DNA of 64,000 bases from Eledone cirrhosa (taxonomy: Eukaryota). Positions 13,244-26,901 of the stretch are shown one piece after another (position 1 is the stretch's first letter; each line of letters begins with the position of its first letter). The DNA is taken from NCBI GenBank assembly GCA_964016885.1, contig OZ024761.1, positions 5,208,001 to 5,272,000 on the forward strand, given 5' to 3'. The notes beneath the pieces are model-generated. The model was not told the DNA's origin, searched no databases, and worked only from the letters and a program-made list of their open reading frames with translations. The position numbers were made by a program, and so were the translations under genes.

Positions 13244-16200
13244 CAGGTGTTTACAATCACTATAATGTAGCCTACACAATAATATACACCCTCTTTATAT
13301 ATACAGGTGTTTACAATCACTACAATGTAGCCTACACAGTAATATACACCCTCTTTATATATACAGGTGTTTACAATCACTACAATGTAGCCTACACAAT
13401 AATATACACCCACTTTATATATACAGGAGTTTACAATCACTACAATGTAGCCTACACAATAATATACACCCACTTTATATATACAGGAGTTTACAATCAC
13501 TACAATGTAGCCTACACAATAATATACACCCTCTTTATATATACAGGTGTTTACAATCACTATAATGTAGCCTACACAATAATATACACCCTCTTTATAT
13601 ATACAGATGTTTACAATCACTATAATGTAACCTACACAATAATATACACCCTCTTTATATATACAGGTGTTTACAATCACTATAATGTAGCCTACACAAT
13701 AATATACACCCTCTTTATATATACAGATGTTTACAATTACTATAATGTAACCTACACAATAATATACACCCTCTTTATATATACAGGTATTTACAATCAC
13801 TATAATGTAGTCTACACAATAATATACACCCTCTTTATATATACAGGTGTTTACAATCACTATAATGTAGCCTACACAATAATATACACCCTCTTTATAT
13901 ATACAGGTGTTTACAATCACTATAATGTAGCCTACACAATAATATACACCCTCTTTATATATACAGGTGTTTACAATCACTATAATGTAGCCTACACAAT
14001 AATATACACCCTCTTTATATATACAGGTGTTTACAATCACTATAATGTAGCCTACACAATAATATACACCCTCTTTATATATACAGGTGTTTACAATCAC
14101 TACAATGTAGCCTACACAATAATATACACCCTCTTTATATATACAGGTGTTTACAATCATTATAATGTAACCTACACAATAATATACACCCTCTTTATAT
14201 TTACAGGTGTATACAATCAGTATAATGTAGCCTACACAATAATATACACCCTCTTTATATATACAGGTGTTTACAATCACTATAATGTAGCCTACACTAT
14301 AATATACACCCTCTTTATATTTACAGGTGTATACAATCATTATAATGTAGCCTACACAATAATATACACCCTCTTTATATATACAGGTGTTTACAATCAC
14401 TATAATGTAGCCTACACAATAATATACACCCTCTTTATATATACAGGTGTTTACAATCACTATAATGTAGCCTACACCATAATATACACCCTCTTTATAT
14501 ATACAGGTGTTTACAATCACTATAATGTAGCCTACACAATAATATACACCCTCTTTATATATACAGGAGTTTACAATCACTATAATGTAGCCTACACCAT
14601 AATATACACCCTCTTTATATATACAGGTGTTTACAATCACTATAATGTAGCCTACACAATAATATACACCCTCTTTATATATACAGGAGTTTACAATCAC
14701 TATAATGTAGCCTACACAATAATATACACCCTCTTTATATATACAGGTGTTTACAATCACTATAATGTAGCCTACACAATAATATACACCCTCTTTATAT
14801 ATACAGGAGTTTACAATCACTATAATGTAGCCTACACAATAATATACACCCTCTTTATATATACAGGTGTTTACAATCAGTACAATGTAGCCTACACAAT
14901 AATATACACCCTCTTTATATATACAGGTGTTTACAATCATTATAATGTAACCTACACAATAATATACACCCTCTTTATATTTACAGGTGTATACAATCAG
15001 TATAATGTAGCCTACACAATAATATACACCCTCTTTATATATACAGGTGTTTACAATCACTATAATGTAGCCTACACAATAATATACACCCTCTTTATAT
15101 ATACAGGTGTTTACAACACTACAATGTAGCCTACACAATAATATACACCCTCTTTATATATACAGGAGTTTACAATCACTATAATGTAGCCTACACAATA
15201 ATATACACCCTCTTTATATTTACAGGTGTATACAATCATTATAATGTAGCCTACACAATAATATACACCCTCTTTATATATACAGGTGTTTACAATCACT
15301 ACAATGTAGCCTACACAATAATATACACCCTCTTTATATATACAGGAGTTTACAATCACTATAATGTAGCCTACACAATAATATACACCCTCTTTATATA
15401 TACAGGTGTTTACAACACTACAATGTAGCCTACACAATAATATACACCCTCTTTATATATACAGGAGTTTACAATCACTATAATGTAGCCTACACAATAA
15501 TATACACCCTCTTTATATTTACAGGTGTATACAATCATTATAATGTAGCCTACACAATAATATACACCCTCTTTATATATACAGGAGTTTACAATCAGTA
15601 TAATGTAGCCTACACAATAATATACACCCTCTTTATATATACAGGTGTTTACAATCAGTACAATGTAGCCTACACAATAATATACACCCTCTTTACATAT
15701 ACAGGTGTTTACAATCACTATAATGTAACCTACACAATAATATACACCCTCTTTATATTTACAGGTGTATACAATCAGTATAATGTCGCCTACACAATAA
15801 TATACACCCTCTTTATATATACAGGAGTTTACAATCAGTACAATGTAGCCTACACAATAATATACACCCTCTTTATATATACAGGTGTTTACAATCAGTA
15901 TAATGTAGCCTACACAATAATATACACCCTCTTTATATATACAGGTGTTTACAATCAGTACAATGTAGCCTACACAATAATATACACCCTCTTTATATAT
16001 ACAGGTGTTTACAATCAGTACAATGTAGCCTACACAATAATATACACCCTCTTTATATATACAGGTGTTTACAATCATTATAATGTAACCTACACAATAA
16101 TATACACCCTCTTTATATTTACAGGTGTATACAATCAGTATAATGTCGCCTACACAATAATATACACCCTCTTTATATATACAGGTGTTTACAATCACTA

Positions 16201-18000
16201 TAATGTAGCCTACACAATAATATACACCCTCTTTATATATACAGGTGTTTACAATCACTACAATGTAGCCTACACAGTAATATACACCCTCTTTATATAT
16301 ACAGGTGTTTACAATCACTACAATGTAGCCTACACAATAATATACACCCACTTTATATATACAGGAGTTTACAATCACTACAATGTAGCCTACACAATAA
16401 TATACACCCACTTTATATATACAGGAGTTTACAATCACTACAATGTAGCCTACACAATAATATACACCCTCTTTATATATACAGGAGTTTACAATCAGTA
16501 CAATGTAGCCTACACAGTAATATACACCCTCTTTATATATACAGGAGTTTACAATCACTATAATGTAGCCTACACAATAATATACACCCTCTTTATATAT
16601 ACAGGTGTTTACAATCACTACAATGTAGCCTACACAATAATATACACCCTCTTTATATATACAGATGTTTACAATCACTATAATGTAACCTACACAATAA
16701 TATACACCCTCTTTATATATACAGGAGTTTACAATCACTATAATGTAGCCTAGACAATAATATATACCCTCTTTATATATACAGGTGTTTACAATCACTA
16801 TAATGTAGCCTACACAATAATATACACCCTCTTTATATATACGGGTGTTTACAATCACTACAATGTAGCCTACACAATAATATACACCCTCTTTATATTT
16901 ACAGGTGTATACAATCATTATAATGTAGCCTACACAATAATATACACCCTCTTTATATATACAGGTGTTTACAATCACTATAATGTAGCCTACACAATAA
17001 TATACACCCTCTTTATATATACAGGAGTTTACAATCACTATAATGTAGCCTACACAATAATATACACCCTCTTTATATATACAGGTGTTTACAATCAGTA
17101 CAATGTAGCCTACACAATAATATACACCCTCGTTATATATACAGGTGTTTACAATCATTATAATGTAACCTACACAATAATATACACCCTCTTTATATTT
17201 ACAGGTGTATACAATCAGTATAATGTAGCCTACACAATAATATACACCCTCTTTATATATACAGGTGTTTACAATCACTATAATGTAGCCTACACAATAA
17301 TATACACCCTCTTTATATTTACAGGTGTATACAATCACTACAATGTAGCCTACACAATAATATACACCCTCTTTATATATACAGGTGTTTACAATCACTA
17401 CAATGTAGCCTACACAATAATATACACCCTCTTTATATATACAGGTGTTTACAATCACTATAATGTAGCCTACACAATAATATACACCCTCTTTATATAT
17501 ACAGGAGTTTACAATCACTATAATGTAGCCTACACAATAATATACACCCTCTTTATATATACAGGTGTTTACAATCACTATAATGTAGCCTACACAATAA
17601 TATACACCCTCTTTATATATACAGGTGTTTACAATCACTATAATGTAGCCTATACAATAATATACACCCTCTTTATATATACAGGTGTTTACAATCACTA
17701 TAATGTAGCCTATACAATAATATACACCCTCTTTATATATACAGGTGTTTACAATCACTATAATGTAGCCTATACAATAATATACACCCTCTTTATATAT
17801 ACAGGTGTTTACAATCACTATAATGTAGCCTATACAATAATATACACCCTCTTTATATATACAGGTGTTTACAATCACTATAATGTAGCCTATACAATAA
17901 TATACACCCTCTTTATATATACAGGTGTTTACAATCACTATAATGTAGCCTACACAATAATATACACCCCCTTTATATATACAGGAGTTTACAATCAGTA
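13244..18000. repeat. 60-bp satellite (~79 units) forming the loop of the A/B palindrome
   Basis: Unit CAGGTGTTTACAATCACTATAATGTAGCCTACACAATAATATACACCCTCTTTATATATA. Confidence 0.98.
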
Positions 18001-18109
18001 AATTAAACAACTAGGGTCTTTTGAAATTAGAAATGTCTTCTCTCAATTATCAAAGTATCAGCAGCTGCGAGATTTGGTACAGGTTACGATTTATATATAT
18101 ACATATATA

Positions 18110-18448
18110 CATCATCATCATCATCATCATCATCATCGTTTTACGTCCGTTCTTCCATGCTAGCATGGGTTAGACGGGTTGTCCTGTTGTGGGCAGTGTC
18201 TGGTCGACTGACCATGCCTTGCTCATACAGGAACTGATTTGGCTTGATTTCTACAGCTGGATGCCCTTCATAACACCAACCTCATTTACAGTGAGTGCTG
18301 GGTGCTTTTTCCTGGTGCCTACACGTCCACTTTACACTGTGGGCTGGGTGCTTTCTTGCTGTGGCACCTCCACGACCCCCTTGCAGTGGGAGGTGTGGGG
18401 GCATATTGTCTATATGCTTCAGCTTGTACCCATCGGAGGTCGGGTACA
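18110..18448 (-). mobile_element. SINE/RTE-tail retroposon with (ATG)n tail, upstream of copy B
   Basis: (CAT)n-CGTTTTACGTCCGTTCTTCCATGCTAGCATGGGTTAGACGG; absent from the mirror position in arms A and C. Confidence 0.75.
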
Positions 18449-18747
18449 ATATATATATGTATATATACATATATATATATACAGGCACACACACGCACAT
18501 ACATACACACACACACATATATATATATATAAATATATCATCATCATCATATATATGAGTGTGTGTGTGTGTGTGGTCATATATATATATATACGTGTGT
18601 GTGTATGTATATATATATAAACATGTATGTATGTGTGTGTGTGTGTGGAGGTGTATGTGTGTGCCTCTCTGTAAGTCTATGTGTGGGTGTGTGTTTGTGT
18701 ATCTGTGTGGCTGTATGTCTATGTTTGTGTATGTGAACGTCTGTTTG

Positions 18748-18801
<54 letters not shown>

Positions 18802-19187
18802 TATGTGTGTGTCTGTACTTCTATGTGTGTGTGTGTGTATGTGTGTGTGTGTGTATGTCTGTCTGTCTGTATGTCTATGTGTTTGTGTATACCTACATAC
18901 AACAGCAAAGTTGTACAGGAACACCTCTTTTATGCAGCAACAATGGAGTGTACAAGATTACATCAAAAGATCTCCCTCATAATATATTTTACCAAAGAAT
19001 GTCATTCCTATAGACATCTGAGTCCATTTGCAATGAATTGATTTGTAAAATACGGTCATTATTGATCTCATGTCTTTGATAACCATTGTATGATCTTCCG
19101 TGTTCCAACAATAGTTGCAGGTGTTTTAATACAATGGTTGACAACTGTGCCTAGCTCTGTCATAAGAAGACATTGCTGTGTTAAAGC

Positions 19188-19194
19188 TATAAAA
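19188..19194 (+). promoter_or_regulatory. TATA box of copy B
   Basis: GCTATAAAAG, 72 nt upstream of ATG 19260. Confidence 0.75.
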
Positions 19195-19259
19195 GAAGGC
19201 CCAGTGATCTAGATGTACCATTGATGTTTTCAGTGTTAGAAACATCTCACAGCTCAATC

Positions 19260-21272
19260 ATGTTCGCTATATTTTGCTTGGCAATCGCTCTTCCTCTCAG
19301 CTTTGCTGGTAAACAATCAATACTCTATATTATTGATAATGTTCAATACATTAACACAATTTTATATCTAGATTTTAGAGTCAATATTTTATATCAGAAA
19401 TAAGGAAATATTTCATAGAGTCAGCCTAAAGTATTTAATTGTCTTAAAATAATATCATCAAACATACAAGATCTCTTCAAGTTCATATCAACACACACCA
19501 CAACACCACCACTACACCACTACACCACCACCACCACACCACTACACCATACCACTACACCACACCACTACAACACCACCACTACACAACTACACCACCA
19601 ACACCACACCACTACACCACCTCTATACTATACCACTACCCCCACCTACTACACCACGACAACACACCACTACAACTACACCACACCACTACAACACCAC
19701 CACCCCACCACTACAACACACCACTACAACACCACCAACACACCACTATACCACAACACCACCACTACACCACTTCACCACCACCACCACACGACCACCA
19801 CACCACTACACCACACCACTACAACACCACCGCTACACCACCAACGCCACACCACCGCTATACTATACCACTACACCACCACCACTACACCCCACCACCA
19901 CTACAACACCACTACACCACCACCAACACACCACTACACCTAATCTATGTTCTTATTTCTAGCCCCAGAGACACAGATTGTAGATGGTTCTCCAGCAAGA
20001 GATTGTCAGTTCCCATCAATCGTACATTTGATCCTTCATACTAATAAGGGTACTTTTGGATGTGGTGGTACTTTACTGGACAACCAACATGTCTTGACCG
20101 CTGCCCATTGCTTGTAAGAAATATTTCTATATTTTTATTGTCTTTCCTTTAACAACACTTCTCCATCTTTAATATTCCACAGATATGTCTAATTTATTTG
20201 ATAATCTATTGCTAGACTATGACATACTTAAGATCTATCATAGCTGACAAACTTTGATAAGGGCAGTGGATTGGCAGTATTGTTGTCAGACACCATGCTT
20301 TGCAGCATGGAGTTATGGCCCTTTATGTTCTGAGTTCAAACCCTGCCAAGGTTAACTGTGTCTTTCATCCTTACGTGATTGATAAAATAAAGTACCAGTA
20401 ATGCACTGGGGTAATTGCTGGCCTTGTGCCAAAAGTAGAAACAATTATTATACTAGACATAGAACTGGTATTAGATCAAGACTTATCCCAGTTTACTAAG
20501 TTACTACTGTACATTAGACTTCGGTCTATAGAACATTGTCTAGTTCAAGAAGTTCTTGTCTAACTAGACATAGACCTGGTATTAGATCAAGACTTATCCC
20601 AGTTTACTAAGTTACTACTGTACATTAGACTTATGTCTATAGAACATTGTTTAGTTCAATAAGTTCTTGTCTAACTTGACATAGACCTGGTATTAGACCA
20701 AGACTTATCCCAGTTTACTAAGTTACTATTGTACATTAGACTTATGTCTATAGAACATTGTTTAGTTCAAGGGGTTCTTGACTAAGTTGACATAGACCTG
20801 GTATTAGAGGAAGTCTTATCCCAGTTTACTAAGTTACTATTGTACATTAGACTTCTGTCTATAGAAGATTGTTTAGTTCAAGAGGTTCTTGTCTAACTAG
20901 ACATAGACCTGGTATTAGAGGAAGTCTTATCCCAGTTTACTGAGTTACTACTGTACATTAGACTTCTGTCTATAGAACATTGTCATATGTTCTGTCACAG
21001 ATAAATAACATTTCAGGTAAAGTTAAATACAATCTATGTTTATTGTGTCATTGTTTCAGTGGAGGTGGAGTAAATTCAATTGATGTAAATATTGGTACAA
21101 ATCACAATAATAGGAGAGGCAAATACTTTTTAGCAGCTTCTAGTTGGAGGGTCCACCCTCAATACACTAGAAGTCCCATGCGTAAGTATCTTCTTATGGT
21201 TATATAACTATATTCTCAATAGAAATGCACTAATATGTAAATATACCTTAGTATTTATTTTCTTTAAATTGA

Positions 21273-21361
<89 letters not shown>

Positions 21362-24300
21362 TTATATATATATTTATATATATATATATATGCATAAAAA
21401 AATATTGTTCTTTTCTATATGTTTGAAATTAAATTAAACTTTTCAAATATTCTCCCAGTTTCAAGAGTTCCACTGAGTTATTCGATTTTATGTGGAATGA
21501 TCAATCGATTTCGATCAATTTTTAAAAATCATGTATTTTTGGTTTTCAGCATTTATTGCTTTCATAATCAATTGAATGTAAACTGAACACCTAAACATGA
21601 GCTAAACACTTGGATGTGAGTGGAACACTTGGATGCGAGATAAAGACCTTAATACTGAGCTGAACACTTTAATGGAAGTTTAATATTTAAACATGAGCTA
21701 AACACATCAATATGTATTAAATATCTGAATGTGAACTTAACATTACCTAAATGTGGGCTAAACAGAACACCAAGGTGGAGTGGTCACTGTTCATACTGCC
21801 TGATTGGTGGAGGGCTGTGAGCACCTGAACACATTCCAGTTTCCAAGCTCTCCTTCTCTGTCTCCACTTGACCCAGGACTGCAACTCCATCAAGAAGACA
21901 AGCTGGAGTAACATGTTTTCTGGTCAATAGCGACCACACCTGTTCATCTTTATGGAAAAGATGGAGATGATGTAGCCTTGGCGCATGTTTGCACATCATC
22001 AGCCATGGCATTCCCAGGCCTCGATGCAGCAGGTGTTGACAGTAGATTGACCGTCTGACTATCAGAACACATCCCTTAATGATAATAATAATAATAGCCA
22101 CTATAGACAAAACCACAAGTTCAACAACAACTAGATGTTATTTGAACAGTTAGAGGGGAAGAAAGAGACAATGATGCTACCCCTGGGGTTGAACAGAACA
22201 ACACATTTTGGAGAGGGATTTGGGAGCAGGATTTTGAGCTTAATAATCGGGCAGAGTTGATTGAAACTGTTAAAAAGGTGGATAATAAATGAGCATGCCA
22301 CCAACCTGATTTGAGTATCTCGGTTGGAACCCTTAAAAAGAAGGCCAATATATTAACCAACTGGAAATCACCAGGCCCAGATGGTGTACAAGGATTAAAA
22401 CTATAACCTCTTTCCACCCGATACTGACGGCTATGTTCAATGATTGCTTGGTGTCGGGTGAAGTACCACAGTGGTTGACAAAAGGTACCGCGGTTCTAAT
22501 AATGTAAGACCAAGCCAAGAGAAATGACGTTACCAAATATAGGCCTATCACATGTCTGTCTTTGATGTGGAAATTGTTAACAAGAATTATGTCTGAAGAA
22601 ATCTACAACCACCTCGACATAAACAGGAGCAACTCTAGATCGAAATGGACGAAACACCACATTGAGAAGGAGGAGGCTAGCCCTCTCTATAGGATCTGTG
22701 GAGAGAGAGGAAACTGTGGCTCACATCGTATCTGAATGTAAACTTCTGGCCCTGACTCATTATAAAGCATGGAGGCATGATATTATAGGAAAACTGATCC
22801 ATTGGCATTTACGCAAACTAAATAATTTACCTCATTCTGAGAAATGGTATGAGCATAAGCCAAAGTTGGGGATAGAATATGATTGGGTGAAGGTGTAACA
22901 GTAATATATATCCTTTTTAATTAAATGTATTTTCCTTCGGCGGAAGAAAACGGTTACGGGAGTAAATTGGCTGAAGTGTGAGCCAATCAAAACTCTCGGC
23001 GTAGCGATACAAGTAACTAGACTACTTAGACCAGAGAACGGAAGTTAAGACAGAAGACCAGTCTCCAGAAAAATCTGCTATCATCAACACGTCGATTCTT
23101 CGATACGCCATATCCTGTTGTATATCACACATGGAAATACAGGTAAAATGAGTTTCACAGTGTGAAGCAAGAATAAATGAAGTACATACTTATAATGGAG
23201 TTTGTCTATTTAATGCCTTCTGATCTAACGACTTACATTCTTCATTATAAAGGTGCTGTGGGATTTCATGATACAAACAGATAAAGAATTAGAACACAAT
23301 ACGCCTGACCTTATGGTTTTTGACAGGGAAAAAAGACCTTGCTTGATTATAGATGTAGTTTGTCTCTTTGACAGAAATGTGCAAGGAAAGTAGGAGAAAA
23401 TTAAATGATACCAGGATCTGAAATGGGAACTGAAAAGGATTTGGGTAAATCATGAGATCAAGGTCATTCCCACCATCATAGGATCACTAGGTACTATCTC
23501 CAAGAGTTTCCAAGGCTGGTTAAAAAAAACAATAGCCCAGTCCCCATATTTGGAAGACTTCTAAAAATATGCCTCCTGGGAACAGCAAAGAGACTCCAAT
23601 ACATCCTGAATATCTGAGGCTGCAAGATAGCAGCTTGATGTTCATTAGGCCATATTTTCCAGTTAAATAATGTAGAGACAAGGTACCACATTTCTGGCTT
23701 TCCTCACTCCCGTGCACTCACAATATATTAATTAAGCTAATAATTCTAATTTTTATTTAATATTTGTAAAAGGTAATGACATTGCTATGATACGTCTTCC
23801 ACAATCGGTACAGTTTGGAAATTGTGTACAGGCAGCTACACTTCCTGCAGCAGGAGAGACATTTGATGGCAGAAGATGTATTGCAGCTGGATGGGGTCAA
23901 ACTGGATGTAATAATTTATTTTAAATTATCTCCCTTTCGTTCTTTCCCCCTCTCTCTCTCTCACTCTCTCTAGCTCTTTCTCTATCCCCTCATCTCTCTC
24001 TATCTCTCCATATATTTCTTTTTGTTATTAGTATGTCTAAGGAAGGGAGTTTTCCGTTATTAAATTCCATAACAAACTGGATGAAAGAGTTTAAATCATT
24101 AATGAGGCTTTTGAAAATTCCTGAGTTCGTCAAGATTTTCCCTCCACAAAATAAACCAATCATCGTTTCCAGTTTTCTTTTCTATAGCAATGACACTCCG
24201 ACAAAGAATGACAACCCATAGACCAGAAATCAGAACCCCGTATACTAGAAAGATCCCTCTAAGCAAACATTAAAGTGTTTTCTGTGTTCAAATAGAAATT

Positions 24301-25899
24301 GAGACAAAAATGTTAATTTCTAGTGTCAACATGTCATGTCTAGATATAACTAGCAAGTATTGTTGTTATTGTTGTAAGTGGTCAAGAGAAGCATGTTAAG
24401 TTAATGAAGGATCTTATATTCTTGTTATATCTCCATATATTCTCTATAGTGACCTTCCTTCTATAAGATGCTGAAGTCTGATTTCAAAGAGATTTGGTTA
24501 CTATTTCTAGCCGTTTGAATGACCATGTAGAGGTTCATTCATGAGTCCCTGTAGAAGAAACTTAGAGGTGAAATTAGAGACTAGTTTGCTGATTATTGCT
24601 ATATTGAGAGAGATGTTATGAGGCCTGAAGCGAGAGTGTGTTGTATTACTACTCGAGAGGTATTAGACAAGACATAAAGTAGTTCCACAGTGTGTTGTAT
24701 TACTACTCCAGAAGTATTAGACAAGACATAAAGTAGTTCCACAGTGTGTTGTATTACTACTCGAGAGGTATTAGACAAGACATAAAGTAGTTCCACAGTG
24801 TTTTGTATTACTACTCCAGTGGTATTAGACAAGACATAAAGTAGTTACACAGTGTTTAGTATTACTACTCTAGAGGTATTAGACAAGACATAAAGTAGTT
24901 CCACAGTGTGTTGTATTACTACTCCAGAGGTATTAGACAAGACATAAAGTAGTTCCACAGTGTGTTGTATTACTACTCCAGAGGTATTAGAGAAGACATA
25001 AAGTAGTTCCACAGTGTGTTGTATTACTACTCCAGAGGTATTAGAGAAGACATAAAGTAGTTCCACAGTGTTTTGTATTACTACTCGAGAGGTATTAGAC
25101 AAGACATAAAGTAGTTCCACATGGCACTACATCTGTTTTCTGTATTTTCCAGTTAAGAGTTCAGCATCAAGTCAGCTACTCCAAGTAGCAATGCCAGTTA
25201 TTGAAAATGGTAAATGTAGAAGAAGAATGAATTATGCTTCACTCACAGACCAACATATTTGTGGAGGTGATTTCAACTTTGGTGGTGCCAGTACTTGTAT
25301 GGTGAGATATCTTTTAATATCTTTTAGTGAATGGTGTGGAGAATTGATACATGTGTGTGTGTGTATGTAAGTATATATATATACATGTGTGTGTGTAAGT
25401 ATATATATATTTGTGTGTGTGTAAGTATATATATATATACATGTGTGTGTGTGTATGTAAGTATATATATGTATATGTGTGTGTGTAAGTATATATACAT
25501 GTGTGTAAGTGTATATATATATATATGTGTGTGAGCATATATATACATGTGTGTGTAAGTATATATATACATATGTGTAAGTATATATATACATGTGTGT
25601 AAGTATATATACATGTGTGTGTAAGTATATATATACATGTGTGTGTAAGTATATATATATACATGTGTGAGTAAGTATATATATACATGTGTGTGTAAGT
25701 ATATATATACATGTGTGTGTAAGTATATATATACATGTGTGTGTGTACGTATAAATATAGCATTGCATGTGTCCATTAAAAAACTGATAATATATATATA
25801 TATACTTACATACACATGTATATATATATTCTTACACATGTATATATATATATATACTTACATGCACATGTATATATACATATACTTACACACACACAC

Positions 25900-25956
<57 letters not shown>

Positions 25957-26859
25957 TAATTACATACACATGTATATATATATATATACTTAATACACAT
26001 GTATATATATATATATATATATACTTACAGACACATGTATATATATATATACAAACTTATACACACATGTATATATATATATATATATACTTACATACAC
26101 ACATGTATATATATATATATGGTGGCTGCCAACTCGTTTTCGAGTACGGCCACTACTTTATATCCATGTAGCAGAACCCTTACCGATGAGCTGAACGAGT
26201 GTGACTTTTTAGTCCAGCCAGCGACTTGAAAACTCTGGTACAAACACTACACTTGTGACAATTATTGACACATGGTGCTGGGCCCATGGTACCATGTGAC
26301 GACAAGTGCAGAGAGATCTCTAGATATAAAGCAATGCCTGTGCTGTGAAGCCTTTATAGTGAGCAAAGGCACTGCACAAAGCCAGTCCCACTCTCTTAAC
26401 CAAGATGATATTTACCAAAAAGAAGAACAAGTCAACATCATTGGATACCATCAGGGTTGCAGGTGTTATATCAGAGTTTCCTTCTCCTAGAATTCTGCCT
26501 TCACAAAGGCTAAGGGGTCATCTCTCCCGGTGATTTTGGATGGCCATTGACTCTTAAGAGCTCGTTTGCCCTTTGACAGGTTTTGTTTTTAGTCCTGCAG
26601 GATGTCCAAAGTGACCCTCCTCACCAAGAAACCTTGGTGGGGTTGCCAGTTTAGTCGCCAACGACCCGACCATGAGACAGGTTGTACTGGGATGCATGTT
26701 ACCAGTAGCACCAACTGGTGACCTGACAAGTATATATATATATATACTTACATGCACACATGTATATATACTTACATACACACATGTAAATATATACTTA
26801 CATACACATATATGCACACAAACACATACGTACATACACACACATACACACACACACAC

Positions 26860-26901
<42 letters not shown>

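Noticed and set aside
13162-18010. Long ORFs of 631-866 aa here and 1290/1369 aa at 54646-58836
   Set aside because: They are translations of a 60-bp satellite that happens to lack stops in a frame on both strands. The first array has frameshifting 1-bp deletions, and there is no domain or promoter evidence.
20261-20360. tRNA gene
   Set aside because: Only A/B-box-like remnants of a SINE head; no cloverleaf.
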